Below, in pieces: positions 14,258-30,123 of a DNA stretch of 64,000 nt. Under the pieces are notes generated by a model that saw only the letters and a list, made by a program, of their open reading frames with translations, was not told the DNA's origin and searched no databases. Where the stretch lies: NCBI RefSeq assembly GCF_009914755.1, contig NC_060926.1. One strand, written 5' to 3'. Both the position numbers and the translations under genes were made by a program. Source of the DNA: the human T2T-CHM13v2.0 reference genome, Homo sapiens. Numbering within the stretch: position 1 is the first letter of the stretch; every line of letters begins with the position of its first letter.

Positions 14258-16580
14258 AATAAATAATAAAAATATAAATAAAAATAAACAAAATACTATA
14301 AATACTATGAAAACAGAACCTCCAATATTTATAGAGCTGCAAACTAATGCCATGAAATCTTTATCTCTACTTCTATTCTCCTCCCTTCTGAGTTTTCCCT
14401 CCCCAAAAGTATTACAGAAAAGTCATAATCTATTTTTTTTAAAGAAGATTTATTTTGGATTAAGTGATTTCATGATGCAACATGGTTTTAAACAAAAATA
14501 GAGATCAGTATGAAAATAAAACAAATTGTACACATTAAAATATCTTTCCCTCAAAGCATTTCGGAATCATAAAAAATACAACAAAAGAGTCAGGGGTTCA
14601 GTTGAGAATAAGAATACAGACTTCCCAGAAAATAAACAACTAGTCCCAGTTCAGAGTCCTAGGCCCCATATAATACCACCCAGAAACCATTTCTAGGATG
14701 TCAACAATCTGCATTATTTACTTTGAAAAAAAAATTACATATAAGGTGAAGTGAGAGCTGTATAACCTTAATGCTAACAGCAAGCATCTCCCATTATTAT
14801 TCTCCATCAAAAGTCACATTAAATAAATATGAAGCTTAAATCAACGCAAAAACTGAAATACCACTATTAACTGTGACACACTGTGTGGTGAACGTAATGA
14901 CTGAGGTTGGTGAAGAGAAATTAAAAGCTTAAAAAAATACACCACCTGTGTTCTACTGAAATCTTAGAAATAATTTTTTTACAGAGCCTTAATATTAAAA
15001 AGTAATCATTACTATAAAATTAGATTAATACTTTCAGTAAGAGGCGAGAGAGATGCATGTATTTTTATTCATTTATTTTGGAATGCCTGCATCCCTATTA
15101 TAAAAACATGTAATTTTAAGCACTTTCCAACATATTAACAGCCCCAAATTTTACTTATGCTATCATATAAAGAAAAATAGGTTGTAATTTTATCTTTTAG
15201 AGCATTAGGGTCCTAAAAGAACATCCCATTCTGTGTTAATTCCTGGTTAATCCTTCCAAGGTAATTCCTGAACATCATCCATTCTTTTTTATGAAGGTGA
15301 TAGTAACCAGAAGTTGACTGATGGTTCCTTACCTGCATCAGTAATAGCTGATTCAGTTTGAATCACACAACACGGCTATCCACACTCCTCAGGTTGTAAT
15401 ATCTTAAAAGTCATATAGAAAGATATCACCTGCCCAAGGGCACTACACATAAAAATCACATATATAAATTTAATTCTCCTGTGTTCCCCAGAAACCATAC
15501 AACTAGGGCCATCTTATTCTGCTGAGCTGTTCAATTACGAAAGCCAAATAAACGACTCTGCAGATAAAATCTAAGCAAATCTATTTCCGGTCTTGATTAA
15601 CTTCCTGACTTGGAAACACTAATTTAGTCTCCATTTGCAACCTCACTCTTAGGATTTCACTTTCCAGATTAACAGAGAGCATTTAAGTTATCTTTAGAAA
15701 TCATGAAAATGTCTCAAATGCTATTCTAATGTCAAGGGATGTCCGCTAAAAAAACCAAATAAGTATAATGAAATAAAAGCACCCTTTCTTTCATTTCATA
15801 CATGGTGTTCAATAATAGTAACAATAATTCTTAAATAAAAAAATCCACAACATAATTTTATGCTAAATTGTCAAATCTCCTGATCAAGCTATGGTTAGCT
15901 TTAATACTTTGGGACTAAATTCCACTTTGCAATACAGAAAATGTTAAATTACTGAAGTTATAAAATGAGGGTATTTCCCATCTAGTAGATCAAACTGTGC
16001 CTTCATCAGGGAGCATAGCTTTCTTCTTCTCAGTCTGAAACCAAATTGAAGTATGTTCCTACCCCCACCAGCAAGCCCTAAGATGATCCATCTACCGTTG
16101 TTTTAACTTTCCCTCCACTACACTCCTGTCCTAACCATCCTTTCGCTCCTTCTGACCCAGATGGCTATGATATGGACAGCACACACACGGTCATCCTTCC
16201 TGACAGCTCCTCGGAATGCAGTTACCACTCTGAATCTTGACAGTTGGTCAATAATTAGCATTATATTCTTGCGGGGTGGCACAACTGCTGGGCTCCTCTT
16301 TCCTCCTTTTTTATTTTTATCATCCTTTCAGTGGGCAGTAGCTGGCCTTAAGCCACAATTCAGAAAGCTTTAATGTCTTCAGCATTCCTTTGCATCCATA
16401 CTAGACAAACAAATTAATTTGGAAAACACAAATGAATGGGAAAGAAACTAAGTTTTTGAAAATTAGAGTCTAAAAGTGACATTCTCATCAAACTCACGGC
16501 AGTAAGATGGAAGTAAAATGGCTAAGGTCCAGAGTGCTGTCCCTCACCTACTAAATCAGAAAGCAGACAAAACAGAGCAA

Positions 16581-16872
16581 GGCCCAGAGGCTCACGTCTG
16601 TAATCCCAGCACTTCGGGAGGCCAAGGTGGGAGGACTGCTTGAGCTCAGGAGTTCAAGACCAGCCTGGGCAACGTGGCAAAACCCTGTGTCTACAAAAAA
16701 TATAAAAAAATTAGCTGGGCATGGTGGTGCATGCCTGTAGTCCTAGCTACTCGGAGGCTGAGGTGGGAGGCTGGCTTGAGCCTGGAAGGCAGAGGTTGCA
16801 GTGAGCCAAGATCATGCCACTGCACTCCAGCATGGGTGACAGCCAGACCTTATCACAAATAAACAAAAACAA
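16581..16872 (+). mobile_element. AluJ in the 3' UTR (antisense to the mRNA)
   Basis: Alu consensus. Confidence 0.92.
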
Positions 16873-16874
16873 CT

Positions 16875-17234
<360 letters not shown>

Positions 17235-19077
17235 TTACAGATACCTCTTAATAATGGCATTGCATCATTTCACATAAATACGGAGTTTCCTGAATAAGGT
17301 TAAATTGAACAGACTCCTATCTTCATTATAAGATATTTGCCTTGTTAGAAGTGGTCCAATCATAAATAAAATTTGTGAATTTTATCACTGGAACTCAGCT
17401 ATTAGGGCTTACTAGATCCATCCCTATTAAAAATTTAAAAATAAAATAAGGCTTCTGATTAATGTTTTCCATTATCTTGTTTCCAAATAATACTTGAGAA
17501 AATTAAATGACTATTCTGTATAAATCCATCAAAAGCAATCACATTTTGCCTTCTGTTTTTTAAATTTCTCATGTCAAGTCATGAAATGCAAATAAGTCTA
17601 CGGGGAAATTTTTTCCATGAATATACTAATTTCTTTATGGACTTTTCAGAAGGTGTCATATTTTAAATGTATCTGTTTAAGAAAGTGAGAGTTTGGAGGA
17701 AGCATCTTGGAAACCTCACTGAATGTGGAATATACTGGTACAAACATTAGTCTCCACATTTCTCAAGATGAAACACAGAATTGTGACTATGAAGTAATGA
17801 AACTGATGCCACAAGCCATCCATGAAAATCAGCCACAACCCAGATGGAACATGATGCTTGTACCCTACAAAGTGCGTGAGGAGCTAAACGGACGATGTAC
17901 CTGACAGCACTTTGAAACTATAAAGCACTATGCAAGCATATTCTACCATTTCTTTCAAACACTTGAATGCATTTTTACCATTTCTGATTGTTGCACAGGT
18001 AAAACAGATTTTCCTTTATTTATTGCAGAATTTCTGCTAAATTGTAAACGCAATATATGCTAGAAAATTGTGACCATACTTCTTTGACCAAGATCCATTC
18101 ATTTTGTGCACAAGAAAAATGTTTTGACCCCAGAAGTGGTTTGGGCTCAGGGATTGGGATTTTTCACACTGAAAACCAATGGTGCATTGTAGAATAGATG
18201 AAGGGAAACAGGGAAACTTTCCCTGTTTTGGCATTTCACTGATAATTTCAAAATCTTTGAGTTGCTCCTTCACAGATCAGCTCCCTACACACTTTACACT
18301 CTCGTTGTGTAAGTGCATCCTGGCTTCAACACTTGACCAGTATTGACATACTATTACTTGCCATTGCTTCCCAATAGAAACAGCATTGATGTAATTTTTT
18401 TTAGCCACACTATCATCTATATATGAAGCCATTATTGAATCTCCCAGATGGAAAAAGCTGTTCTCTTCTCTCTTCATTCCTTGATTGTAGAACTTACCAA
18501 ATTTTATTAAAAACACTTTTTTGAACCTTGGAGTCTACTCTACTACACTGTGAGCTGAGCTTTTCAAAGGCAGATTTAGACTCTTGTAGCTCCATCGTCA
18601 AACAAACATCAAACTGGCACAGAGGGAATGCCAATGATGTGCTTGTTCTCTCATCTAAGAGATGTTCTGCATACATATATGATGTATTAAGAGTGTCTTC
18701 TATAGTATAAAGAGCATCACTTAAAATAAGACCAGAAAGCCTAGTTATCTGGGTTCACAGTCCAGAAGAAAATATTTATGGATATTTCTAATTGTAGAGT
18801 ACATGAAAGTCTAATTTATTCTGTGGAAATGTTATTTAATATTTTATATAGTTATTACTGGCTGTTTTGTTTTACTAAGAAAGAATAATAGATAAGTTAG
18901 CATGGTGTTCTGATATGATAAGTACATCTTTGATAATTCCCAATCTGAGAACAGTATCAACTAGATGATTATACTAATTAAGAATGTCTACATACATTAA
19001 AGTGTACTGTTATTTGGGAAAAAGTTGGATGCCTTAATAAAGAAATATATTTGTTAGAAATAATTAAAGAGATACAT

Positions 19078-19083
19078 TTTATT
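19078..19083 (-). terminator. Candidate proximal poly(A) signal AATAAA
   Basis: Plus-strand TTTATT about 2.25 kb after the stop; further hexamers at 18815, 18503, 18015, 15064 and 15072. Confidence 0.35.
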
Positions 19084-21337
19084 TCAAATATCTTTTACCT
19101 AATAATATGAAATACCATAACTAAATGTCTCAAACCAAAATGAAGGATAACATGGTCTTTGAATGTATTTTTGAAAGAAATGCAACCTTTATCTGCTGCT
19201 TGGAGAATGCCAGCCCTGAAACATCTTGTATACCATCAAATATGTGACTTAAAAAAAAGTGTGTTATACTACTTTTCCTTATAATGAAAAGAATACAAAC
19301 AAGTGAAAAGTTTGCAAAATTAAATATATACTTGTATTCATGATCAATAAGTACAAACTAACATTTCCAGTTAAAAGTTTTTCTTTTTTTCTCTTCCAAT
19401 TATAGAATACAGAGAGCTCTTCCTTTCTTATTTCCAGATTTCTATAACCCTTTTTCAGAACATTTCTTCACACTGCAGTACGTGCCTTTAGTGCAGGAGT
19501 GTAACATAAGTGGTATTCCTCTTGAGGGTCCCAGTAGTAAACATAGCTTAACTCACAGGAGAGCAATCAGTTCTTACAAAACACCTATGAAAACTATGCA
19601 TATGACCTCTATAAAATGTAAGATTGCCAACATCCCATAATAGGAATTCCATGGCTGCTTATAAATATAGATCTCAAAGAAATGTTTGGGCAATGCCTGT
19701 AAACCCATAGGCTGGCAAACCATATGTCAATCCAATGCTTTTATGACCCCCAATTTAACTTCACTCTATTGAAAATCTGATTAGTCAAGAAATAAACAAA
19801 GATGTGGAGTAATCCCAAAAGCAATTAAAATGAAGAATACCTTCTCATAAAATTAAGCAGAAGTAAGACTAGTGATGTCATGCAGTTTTGGAGATGCCAT
19901 AGAAAAACTGTCTCTTAATATTAATAAGAAAATTATGCATCAGTGAAAATGCAGGCTTAGAAATATAGTTCTGAGTTTCAATTTGTGGTGTCTTCACTGA
20001 TGAGGGAAAATGGAATTCTTACTACTGATCTCTTCAGTGTTGCTGATGGCTCCTTAACTGAGCTTAGTGTTTAATGATGCTGTACAAATAAAAAGCAGTG
20101 GGGGAAATACGAAATATCTGTATTAAATGCCATCCTGTAAAGTATTTGATGGATGGAAGAGAGTCTAATGCATTTTAAATAAATGCATATCATACTATCA
20201 CATATAGTGAATCTTAAAAAATTATTACTTAGATGCACAGTCCTTGTAGTGGTAGACACGGCACTGTGAAGGAAGTTTGATTTAGAAGCTATTTTCTATT
20301 ATACTTCTCAAGTGATGGAGTTGCTGTTAGTCATATTGTAATGTCCCTTCACCTTTGGTACATTCAGTGCAAAATATTTGGGGAATTTTTTTTACCTTTA
20401 TAAAAATAAAAGGCCCTTTTGTTTCCTTGAGAGTGCTTAAAAGGATACATATTAGCATGATGCCCGAGTATGCATGGAACATGAAAATGGAATGAGTGAT
20501 ACATACAGCATGATAGGTAGGTTCTTATATACATCTTAAAGAACATAAACATAATGAACCTACAAAAAATAAACAGAACTCACTGTGTACTTTTTCCTGA
20601 TATGCTGTGATTAATTGCTAGTTATTTTAAAATTGTTTTCATGCATTATAAAGCATAAAATCTGTCATTAGTAATTCACTGAATAATGGTTTGTCTTTAG
20701 CCATAATTACACACATACCACTTGCATATACATTGTCACAGACCATCTTATTGCAAATCTGTAAAGGTACCTCATATTGACTTGGTTTCATTTTCACTCA
20801 TGTCCCATGAAAGCGGAAACCTATGGTGCACACCATGCAGGCACTCATAAGCAAGAAATGAATATTCTGTTATAACTTAGGGCTTAAATGAATGTACTTT
20901 CAGGAAATATATTTACTTTTATTATATTATTTAACTTGCTCTAATTTGGAGATTGGGCCAAATGCTGCCAGTTTGGCTTGAACCACGTTCAAGGGTAAGT
21001 TTCAAGATTCTCCTGAGTCCCTAAAAATTACCGTGGAGCTGATCATGTATGGGTTCATCTTTGTCTTGGAACATAACAAATGGAAAAAGTTTGGCAGTCA
21101 AGAACTGTTGATTGAAAGACGGTTGGGTTGTTCCCTGGGCATCAAGCTCACCCAAATCCTTCCAAGAGGACTCATCTCCAGTCCCCAAATGTGACAGAGC
21201 ACTTGTTCCTGGAAAACAACAGCACATAGCTTTATCCTAAAGGAAGCATCCTCTTGAAACTTCCAATGTTCAATCATTCTTCTAGAAGGCAGCTTCTGAA
21301 CCTGCCTGTCCACAGAGATGGGCATTCAGCTTCCAGG

Positions 21338-21580
<243 letters not shown>

Positions 21581-22419
21581 TCACACTCCTTTTGAAAAAT
21601 CTTTGAAAACATTTTGACCTTAAAAATTCAGAACTGAATTTCTCTAAGGAAAAGAGGATATTTAAAAAAATATTTTATTTACATTTCACCACCATTTAAA
21701 AGCTATATTACATATAAATGACCATTTATTGAGTGGTCTAAGGATTACAAAGACAAGTTTGGTTTTTGTTTCTCTTTTGATGCTAGATTTTTTTTTTAAT
21801 ACACGGACATAAGGCCTTGCAAAGTAGTTCATTTTGAGTTGGCATATGCCTGGGTGTCTCTTCGATACTCTGTAGTTATGCATTTTTTCATTTTCTTGGA
21901 CAGGGAAGAGGAGCCAGTGTCTCTGAGGGCCTGCCTCATGGCTTAGAGTCTTGGGAAATTCCCTGGCTGGACTTTTCTAAGTCAGTAGGCCATTGTTACT
22001 TCTTTGAATCCTGTGCTAAAATTTGCTTTCTCCCAATTCACAATAACAAAATAAGCAATTTAAATCATTACATTAAGTATTCTTTTTTAGAAATACTTCT
22101 TTTGCCAAGATAGGAAAAAAATATGTTTTCCTGTTATTTGCATCTGAATCACAATAAAAAATAGACAGTCTCCAAATAGTACATCTTATCAGGAAGCAAA
22201 TCTGCACTTTTGACATGAAATAGGAAACATTCTATTCTGAATGTACAACAGCTTGTTTGGGGGACCTACATAACTTTGACTTAAAAAAAATACTCCTGAA
22301 TAAGAAATTTTAGGAACTATGATTATTAACAAGCTATTTCTACAAAGTCACATGTCTATACTTTTACTCTGATAAATCCCTTTTCCTTATGAAATAAATA
22401 TAATTAATATTCCTGGATG

Positions 22420-22660
22420 CAGTGTAATGTAGTGGGAAGACCAGAGATTTGCAGTTGGACATATTTGGGTTTGGATTCTAGCTCTATCAACAAGTGTGTG
22501 ATTTGGAGTGAGTTATTAAAACTCTGAGCCCGTATTTCTCACCTTTAAAAGGGTGGTTATATAACTTGTCTGAGAAGGATGTGAGGATTAAGTGAAATAA
22601 CAGAAACATGCTTAATAGAATGACTGGCTCATAGTGTTTGACCAATTAATAATAGAGGTA
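22420..22660 (+). mobile_element. MIR
   Basis: Near full-length MIR motifs (gtagtgggaagacca...ctctgagcc...gtgaggattaagtgaaataa). Confidence 0.7.
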
Positions 22661-22840
22661 TTGTTAGCTACATTTCATTACTATCAACAAGATTTGACTC
22701 TAATTGCCTTCAGTGAATTGCCACAAATAGTAATGACCCATGAGAATGATGAGATAATAAAGGGATAATAAAGCAGGTGTGTGGCCACATGGCTTATTAA
22801 AAACAGGAATGTGAACAGGATCTGTTATATTGTAAGAATA

Positions 22841-23202
22841 CAGATAGAGTATTCCTTATCCAAAATGCTTGGCACCAGAAGTGCTTTGGATTTCAGATTT
22901 CTTTGGAATTTGGAATATTTGCATATATATAATGAGATATCTTGGGGAATGGGACCCAAGTCTAAACATGAAATTCATTTACGTTTCACATGCACCTTGT
23001 ATACACAGACTGAAGGTAATTTTATACCATATTTACATAATTTGGTTCATGAAACAAAGTTTTGACCGCGTTTTTGACTGCACCCTGTCATATGAGGTCA
23101 GTTGTGAAATTTTCTACTTGTGGCATCATGTTGGCACTCAAAAAGTTTTGGATTTTGGAGCATTTTAGATTTAAAATTTTTTGACTAGGGATACTCCAAC
23201 TG
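22841..23202. mobile_element. Tigger4 (Zombi/MER46)-type MITE
   Basis: TIRs cagatagagtattcc / gggatactccaactg, flanked by TA. Confidence 0.8.
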
Positions 23203-23749
23203 TATGAGTTTTAGGGTATAGAGATAGTACCGACTCACCCACTCCTAGTACTGTAAACTCTGGGATATATTGGTGGAAATCATCTAATGAATCTTTGCAG
23301 GCAAACCCTTTTTTGATACAATAAGCATTTCAGAATTGCATTTGATATCCTTAGACTGGAACGCAAATTGAGCCTCAAGAAAAGGTTTTACTTATTTAAA
23401 AATTCAACTTGTATACTACACTAGAGTCCTAGCAGTGGTTTATAATCTATCATCTGTGAAACACTGGAATAAAAATATTAAATAAAGATTTATCTCTGTT
23501 CCAGGGGTAGGGGAGGAAGAAGCAGAAAAGTAGAATACGTTTTGAATATAATTCTATGCCAAACTGTGTGTGTCAGACAAATAACATTTATTATCCTATT
23601 AGACTAACAGATGACACCACAATACTATTTTACAATTTTCATTTCTTTGGTTACCAATAAGGTTGAGCATCTTTCCCCCATGTCCTCTTGCTTTTTACAT
23701 TTCCTGTTTTGTGATCCATATGTTCATCTCTCTTGCCCGATTAACTTTT

Positions 23750-24445
23750 CAGTATTTTTATTGTGATAAAATATACATAATATAACATTTACCATTTTAA
23801 CTATATTTAAGTGCACAGTACCATGGCATTAGTACACCTACGTTATTTTGCAACCATCATCACTATCCATCTCCAGAACTTCTGCATCTCGCAAAACTGA
23901 AATCTGTATCCATTAAATAGTAACTCCCATTTCCTCTCCCCCTAGCCCCTGGAAACCACCATTCTACTTTGTGTCTCTATGAATTTCACTACCCTATGTA
24001 CTTCATATAAGTGGAATCTTAAAATATTTGTCTTTTGTGATTGGCTTATTTCACTTAGCATATTTTAAGGTTGATGTTGTAGCATGGGTCAGAATTTCCT
24101 TCCTTTTTAAGGCTGAATAATGTTCCATTGTATGTATATACCACATTTTCTTTATTCATTCATCCATTAATGAACAGGAGTTTTTTTCCTACCGTTTGGC
24201 TATTGTAAATAATGCTCCTATGAACATGAGTGTACAATTATCTGTTTAAGTCCTCCTTTTCAATTTTTTGGGGGATATACACAGAAGTGCAACATCATAT
24301 TGCATTTTTCATAGTGGCTGCAACATTTTACATTTCCATCAACAGTGCACAAGGGTTCCAATTTCTCTACATCCTCACCAACACTTATTTCTTGTTTTTT
24401 GTTTGTTTGTTTGTTTGTTTTATAATAGCTATTGTAATGGGTATG
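23750..24445 (-). mobile_element. L1MB 3' fragment
   Basis: L1MB 3' UTR motifs; ORF 24260..24457 retains [12 protein letters not shown]. Confidence 0.8.
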
Positions 24446-24489
24446 AAGTCCATTCACCTTTTAAAGCCTTAGGATTTCTTATTAAAATC

Positions 24490-24792
24490 AAGAGAGACTC
24501 TCACTGTTGTTGAATTTGAAGAAGGAAGCTACTATGAATTCTATAGCTGCAAGGAATGAATGCTGCCAACAACCCAAGGGAACTTGGAAGCAGATTCTTC
24601 CCTAGTTGGTCCTCCAAATGAGAATGCAGCCCCACCCACAGCTTGATTTCAGCCTTGTGAGACCATGAGCAGAAGACCCAGCTAAGCTGTGCCTGGATGC
24701 CTGCTCCATGAAAACAGTGAGATCATAAATGTGTGTTGTTTTACACTGCTAAATTTGTGGTAATTTGTTTTGCATCAGTAGAACCAGTAACA
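24490..24792 (+). mobile_element. MLT1E/F-like MaLR LTR
   Basis: 'gctgcaaggaatgaatgctgccaacaacc...ctaaatttgtggtaatttgtt'. Confidence 0.75.
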
Positions 24793-25689
24793 GGTCTCAA
24801 GGTAGTGAAACAGTTCAAGAAAAGGTGGCAAATGTGATGTTAAGTGTGATACAGTAGAATCATCTATCCAGGACAGGTGGTGAAACAAAGCTAGGGGTTG
24901 GCAACAGTTCTTTCATTCTCCCAGGTTTCTGAGTAGAGAAACAGGAACTTTGAATGTCTCTTTGCCATTTCTGTAGTATCTTTGCAGGTACTCTAGAAGC
25001 TTATCCAGTAAATCCACAAGCCTAAATACTCTTTTCAGTTCTCAACACAAAGGGAAGGCAAAGGGAAGGACTAGACAACCTTTTTTGTTCCTCTGCAGTC
25101 GTAAGACATAATCAGCATTACTAATCCATAATCTAAGGCTATTGCTGCTTCATAAATTACATCTGGTTGCATAATATATGGTTACCATAACACAACTTTC
25201 CTTCTAATAAACTAAACAGCTCCTCTGGAAAATATTTCGCGATGATGGGGAAAGCATATATTGTGGAGGGGGAAACTGTGTGGAAAGATTAAATGGTTTT
25301 CCCAAGGTCAAAGCTGAGTCAGTGGCCAAATCAAGAAAAGGACCTCAGTTCTGGGTCTCCTAGGGAAAGTCCAACATTAAACTGAAAGCGGGGAGATTAA
25401 TGCTCATGGCTTCATTCTTTTACTTTTGGAAGCCTGAGTATTAATTTTATCCTACCTCTGACTACGAACTATTATTCCTCAACATCCTACTAGATTATCC
25501 ACATTTTGAGGACAAGGATTGGCAAAATAAAGCTTCAGATATTTTTTAAATGAATAATTCAATCACAATATGCAGTAGCTCTGGGGAAAATGGCTGAGAT
25601 TGAGTCAATCCAGAAAACCCTGAAAAATACCAGGGGATTTTTAGGTGATCATACCATCTAGCTCAATCTCAGGCTTAATAGAAGAAGGC

Positions 25690-25870
25690 AAATACTCAAA
25701 AGGATACTTTAGAGTGTATCAAAATCACTCCAGGAGCTTGTTTTACAATGGAGATTTTTGGTTGCACCCCTTGTGATTGTAATTCAGAAGGTTTGGGGTG
25801 GGCCTGGGGGAATATGCATTTTAATAAATATGCCAAGTGAGTCTGATGCAGGTGGTCTCCACTATTGGAG
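25690..25870. mobile_element. MER5-like hAT fragment
   Basis: 'aattcagaaggtttggggtggggcctggg...tgcattttaa...tctgatgcaggtggtc'. Confidence 0.6.
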
Positions 25871-26604
25871 AGGCATCAAGTGGATTAGCAACATGATACC
25901 TACATTGGCTATTTGCACCAGTGTTTTATGTGCTTGCAGAAATTTCAAAACTCCTTATAAACAAGACAGCATTGCTAATAAGGAAATTGAGGAATAGTGT
26001 GGTTAAATAAATTGCCCAATATTTACCATCAACTTGCTCTATGAGCCAAGGCCAGGAAAAAAACAAAAAAAATGGCAAGCAACACATAATCCTTGGAGGC
26101 TTTTCACACCCCCACTCCCACCCCATTCCATGTCCTAAGAAAACTTTAGCAGAAAATAACAGGAGGGCCCTGGACTGTGTTGATGTTGGCAGCAAAAGTG
26201 CATCCAGCTATTCAGTCTCAATAAAAGAACATTTTTCAAATCTTTCAAAGCCAGTCACACTAAAGCTATAATGGGTTTACCTCATTTTAATCTATTTAGC
26301 CAGAACCACTCAAGGAAAGCAGGTCTGAACCCATCTTTGGGAAATCATGCTGGCATCAATATTAAGAAGATTTAAAAATTCTCCAGACATCTGGTCTGAC
26401 TTAATAGATCTCTTGGTGCTTTCTGGATTCTTCAAAAATGTTAATCAGGAGGTCACATGCTTACCCTCCCTTTTTCCCTACAGATAGACAAGTCAATTAG
26501 ATAAATCCAGTGAGCCAAAAGTATCAGTTACATTTCCATTTCCATAGATTGGTTTGTTGATTAATTTCTCTCTCTGTATGTGAATGTACTTAATTTTCCA
26601 ATTT

Positions 26605-27200
26605 GCATTATATTTCATTTATTCCTTCACTCGCTGAATAAGTACTTACTAAGCATATACTCCATGCCAGGGATTCAGCTGTCCTCTGAGAGATGAGGAT
26701 GAAAAGTCTGGTTTCTGTCCTCAAGGAGTTTACACTGTGGCAGCAAAATATACAGGCAAAAAGACCCTCTAAAGTTTGTGTATCCTGTGCTCTGGGGCAA
26801 GCAGGAACTGAAATCCAGCCTTCCTTTGGCTCTGCTTGCCAAATTGTGAGCCCTAGCTGCAGGCTGCATTTCTCCAAAAGGCTAGGAGACACCTTTGTTT
26901 CATTAGTCCCAAAGATGGGCTATTAGTGGCCCTGCATACAAACAGTTAATAATACTATGAGTTACAAGTTTGCTCAGCAGAGCCAAGGAAGGTTCATAGA
27001 GGACACTATCTGTGCCAAGGCTTGAAAGATTTGTAGGTGTGCAGGTTTTCTCTGAATCAACAACAAGGAGAAGGATGTTCCCAGCAGATGGAACATGACA
27101 TTGCATCATCAGGAAACCTGAGAGGGGCAAGCGCCTAAGGGACAGGAGGCAAGGTTGGACCTGAGGCCAGATGGGGAGGCAGGGACACATCAGGAAGCCA
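26605..27200 (-). mobile_element. Degraded L2 fragments
   Basis: 'ttcatttattccttcac...tatactccatgccagg...cctcaaggagtttacac'. Confidence 0.5.
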
Positions 27201-28214
27201 GGAGTGTTCTTGCAAAAACCTTTTCCAGTTATTTCATGGATGAAAGAAAGAAAAGTGGGTTGGCAGAGGTATCTTTAAATAAGGCAGGGAATATAGGAAA
27301 TGGGTAGAGGGACAGATGATGAATTCAAGGGCGTGAAATCAGCATGAGAAATCCAAAGTTACCAATTAAATAGAGTGATCGAATTCCATTAAAGGAATCC
27401 AGTTATAGTTTTGTTAGCCTGGGTAGCTTTATTAACACAACTAATGGTAAAACTTGTTAGAATTTTTAAAATATTCATAATTTATCTAATATCCTCATGA
27501 ATACCTTCTTAGGCCATGAGGTTTAGAGCAGAAATTCCTATTAAGAGTAGGGCACAAATATGTGTGTAACTTATGGCAGCAGAGCACAATGCCCTGACCT
27601 TCACCAGGTGTTCGGTAAAGGTGAATTCATGGAAAGAAATTCTATGGTGCTTGCTATTCCAACTACTCATTGGTCATGTTCCATTTTGGGACCAATGATG
27701 TTGGTTATCTGTTCATGTAAATATCCATTGCTTCTCTCCCTGTGTTTTAAGGTCAACGTATATCTCCCACAAGGTTCGGCACTTAGTAAAGCCATGAGGA
27801 GTATCTATAGACGGGTGAGGGGAATTAATCTATTCACTAATTAATGTCTTATTCCAAAGTCTCATTAGGTCACTTTGGTTAAGGTGCACTTGGATCTGTA
27901 AATACAAAGTGGAATATTCCCATAGGGGGGAATTCCTGTATCTGGGGTAACTAGCAGAAGAAACTCTTCAAACTATGCATTCTGAGCAGGTACCTTCTTC
28001 ACTTGTGAATGCCTCTGGGGAGAGATAAAGAGGGTACATACTTTTCAAATGTAAGAATTTAAACCAAACAGAACAAAGTCCAGTAAGGACAGTTCCAGGA
28101 ATGGAAACCCCTGTAAGTCCAAACAAAATACAAACACGCTGGGTGAATATGGCACATTTCTCACACACCTAAAGACTATAAAGTATCCGGCCAGCCCTGA
28201 AGGCTAGATATTAG

Positions 28215-29110
28215 GAAGAATAGTAAGAATGGCTAAATTTATTGAATGATGTTTTAGGCCTTATTCTAAGCACTTTGCATGTTATCTCATTTAATCTTCA
28301 AAACAACTTTGTAATATAAATGCTAATTTCTATCCCAACTTTTCAGATATGGATACAGAGATATGAAAGTCTGGATTATGATTTTGGAATTTCTTGTCTG
28401 GAGTGGTCCAAAGTTATCCCTAAAGATTTCAAATTCACTAAAAACAATATTTATGGAGTACATGTGCTAAGCACTGGGCTCACTGCTAGGAGCAAAGCCA
28501 TGTTTAATTCAGATAAGGTACTTGTTCTCACAGGATTATACTCCAGAGGAGGAGACAGATAATCAACAAGTAAACCAATAACTGAACATGATGACTGAAT
28601 TGGGTCAAGCCTAGTGAAGGAAGTAAGGGGTGAAAGAGTGACAGGTGCACTAAGGACAGAAGCCTGGTGGGCCTTTCTCAGGAGATCACCTCTAACCCGA
28701 GTCTTGGGGACAAGAAAGAGCCAGGCATGAAGGACCAGCAGATAAGTGTTATAGGCAGCAATTCCCTGAGCCTTGAAGCATAATTGAGTTTGGCATATTT
28801 GAGGAATACACAGAAGGAGGCTGGTAGGTGTCATGGGTTGGGGGAGAGGGTACATGTTGAGGTTGCAGGAGGAGGCAGACCAGGGCCCCACAGGAAGTCC
28901 TTGGGAAGGAGTCTGGATTTTATTCTAAGCCACCAGAGGGTGTAGGCAAGGGAGGGAGGTGACCTTGAGATGTTTGCAGATCCCAGTGGTTGTTGAGTGC
29001 AGAATGAATGAATGGTGGGATGCAGGAGAAGCAGGGGATTTAGCCAGCAGTCTACTGCAGTAGTCCAGGTGAGGGGGGATGGTGTCATGGACTAGGCTGG
29101 TGGAAAGAAA
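28215..29110 (-). mobile_element. MIR (about 28215-28365) followed by L2 (about 28435-29110)
   Basis: MIR and L2 consensus motifs. Confidence 0.65.
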
Positions 29111-29786
29111 TGAGCCCAAACTGGTTTTTGCTCTTGAGGCCAAGGAAAAGTGGGTAAGCATTCTTTAACTGTTGCAATGTCTGTCACTCACAAATAGACA
29201 CTTTAAAATCTGACTTGTGAAATAGCTCTCAAGGACCTTTAGTAGATTTGACTTGGACTATCCTGTCCTCTGTTGTCAGCAGCAACAATGCTGATGGAAT
29301 GCAAGTGGAATGATTATCTCATTCCATTAAAGTCACAAATTCTTTCAATAGCTTGACGTTTTACATTAATTACAGAAGAGTCCCTTTTTTTAATACAATC
29401 TGTTTTTATGATAAATTTACCCACCTCCCAAAGTAAAGACCAATCCAAAAGGTATATGACATTTAAGAATCTTTAATATGGTGATGTGATGGGTTAACTC
29501 TGGCATGTTTTTGTTAGTACATGCAGATTCAATGGCAGAATAAAGTGAAAATTTAAAATACAGTTATATAGAACTGAGTGAGAGGGCAGAGGGGAAAGGA
29601 GTTGAAGAGAGTCTTGGACCTGAGGTTCAACTACAGAGCAGACCACTGTATGAGAATCTCCTGTCAATTCTCTCCCACACGAAAAGCCACATCAGCTCAT
29701 CAGCAGGCGGTAGGGAATTAGGAAGACCAACGAGGGACACCTCAGGGCAAATATAGAAAGGAGATGGCCCCAAAGGGTCCTTCTAG

Positions 29787-30123
<337 letters not shown>

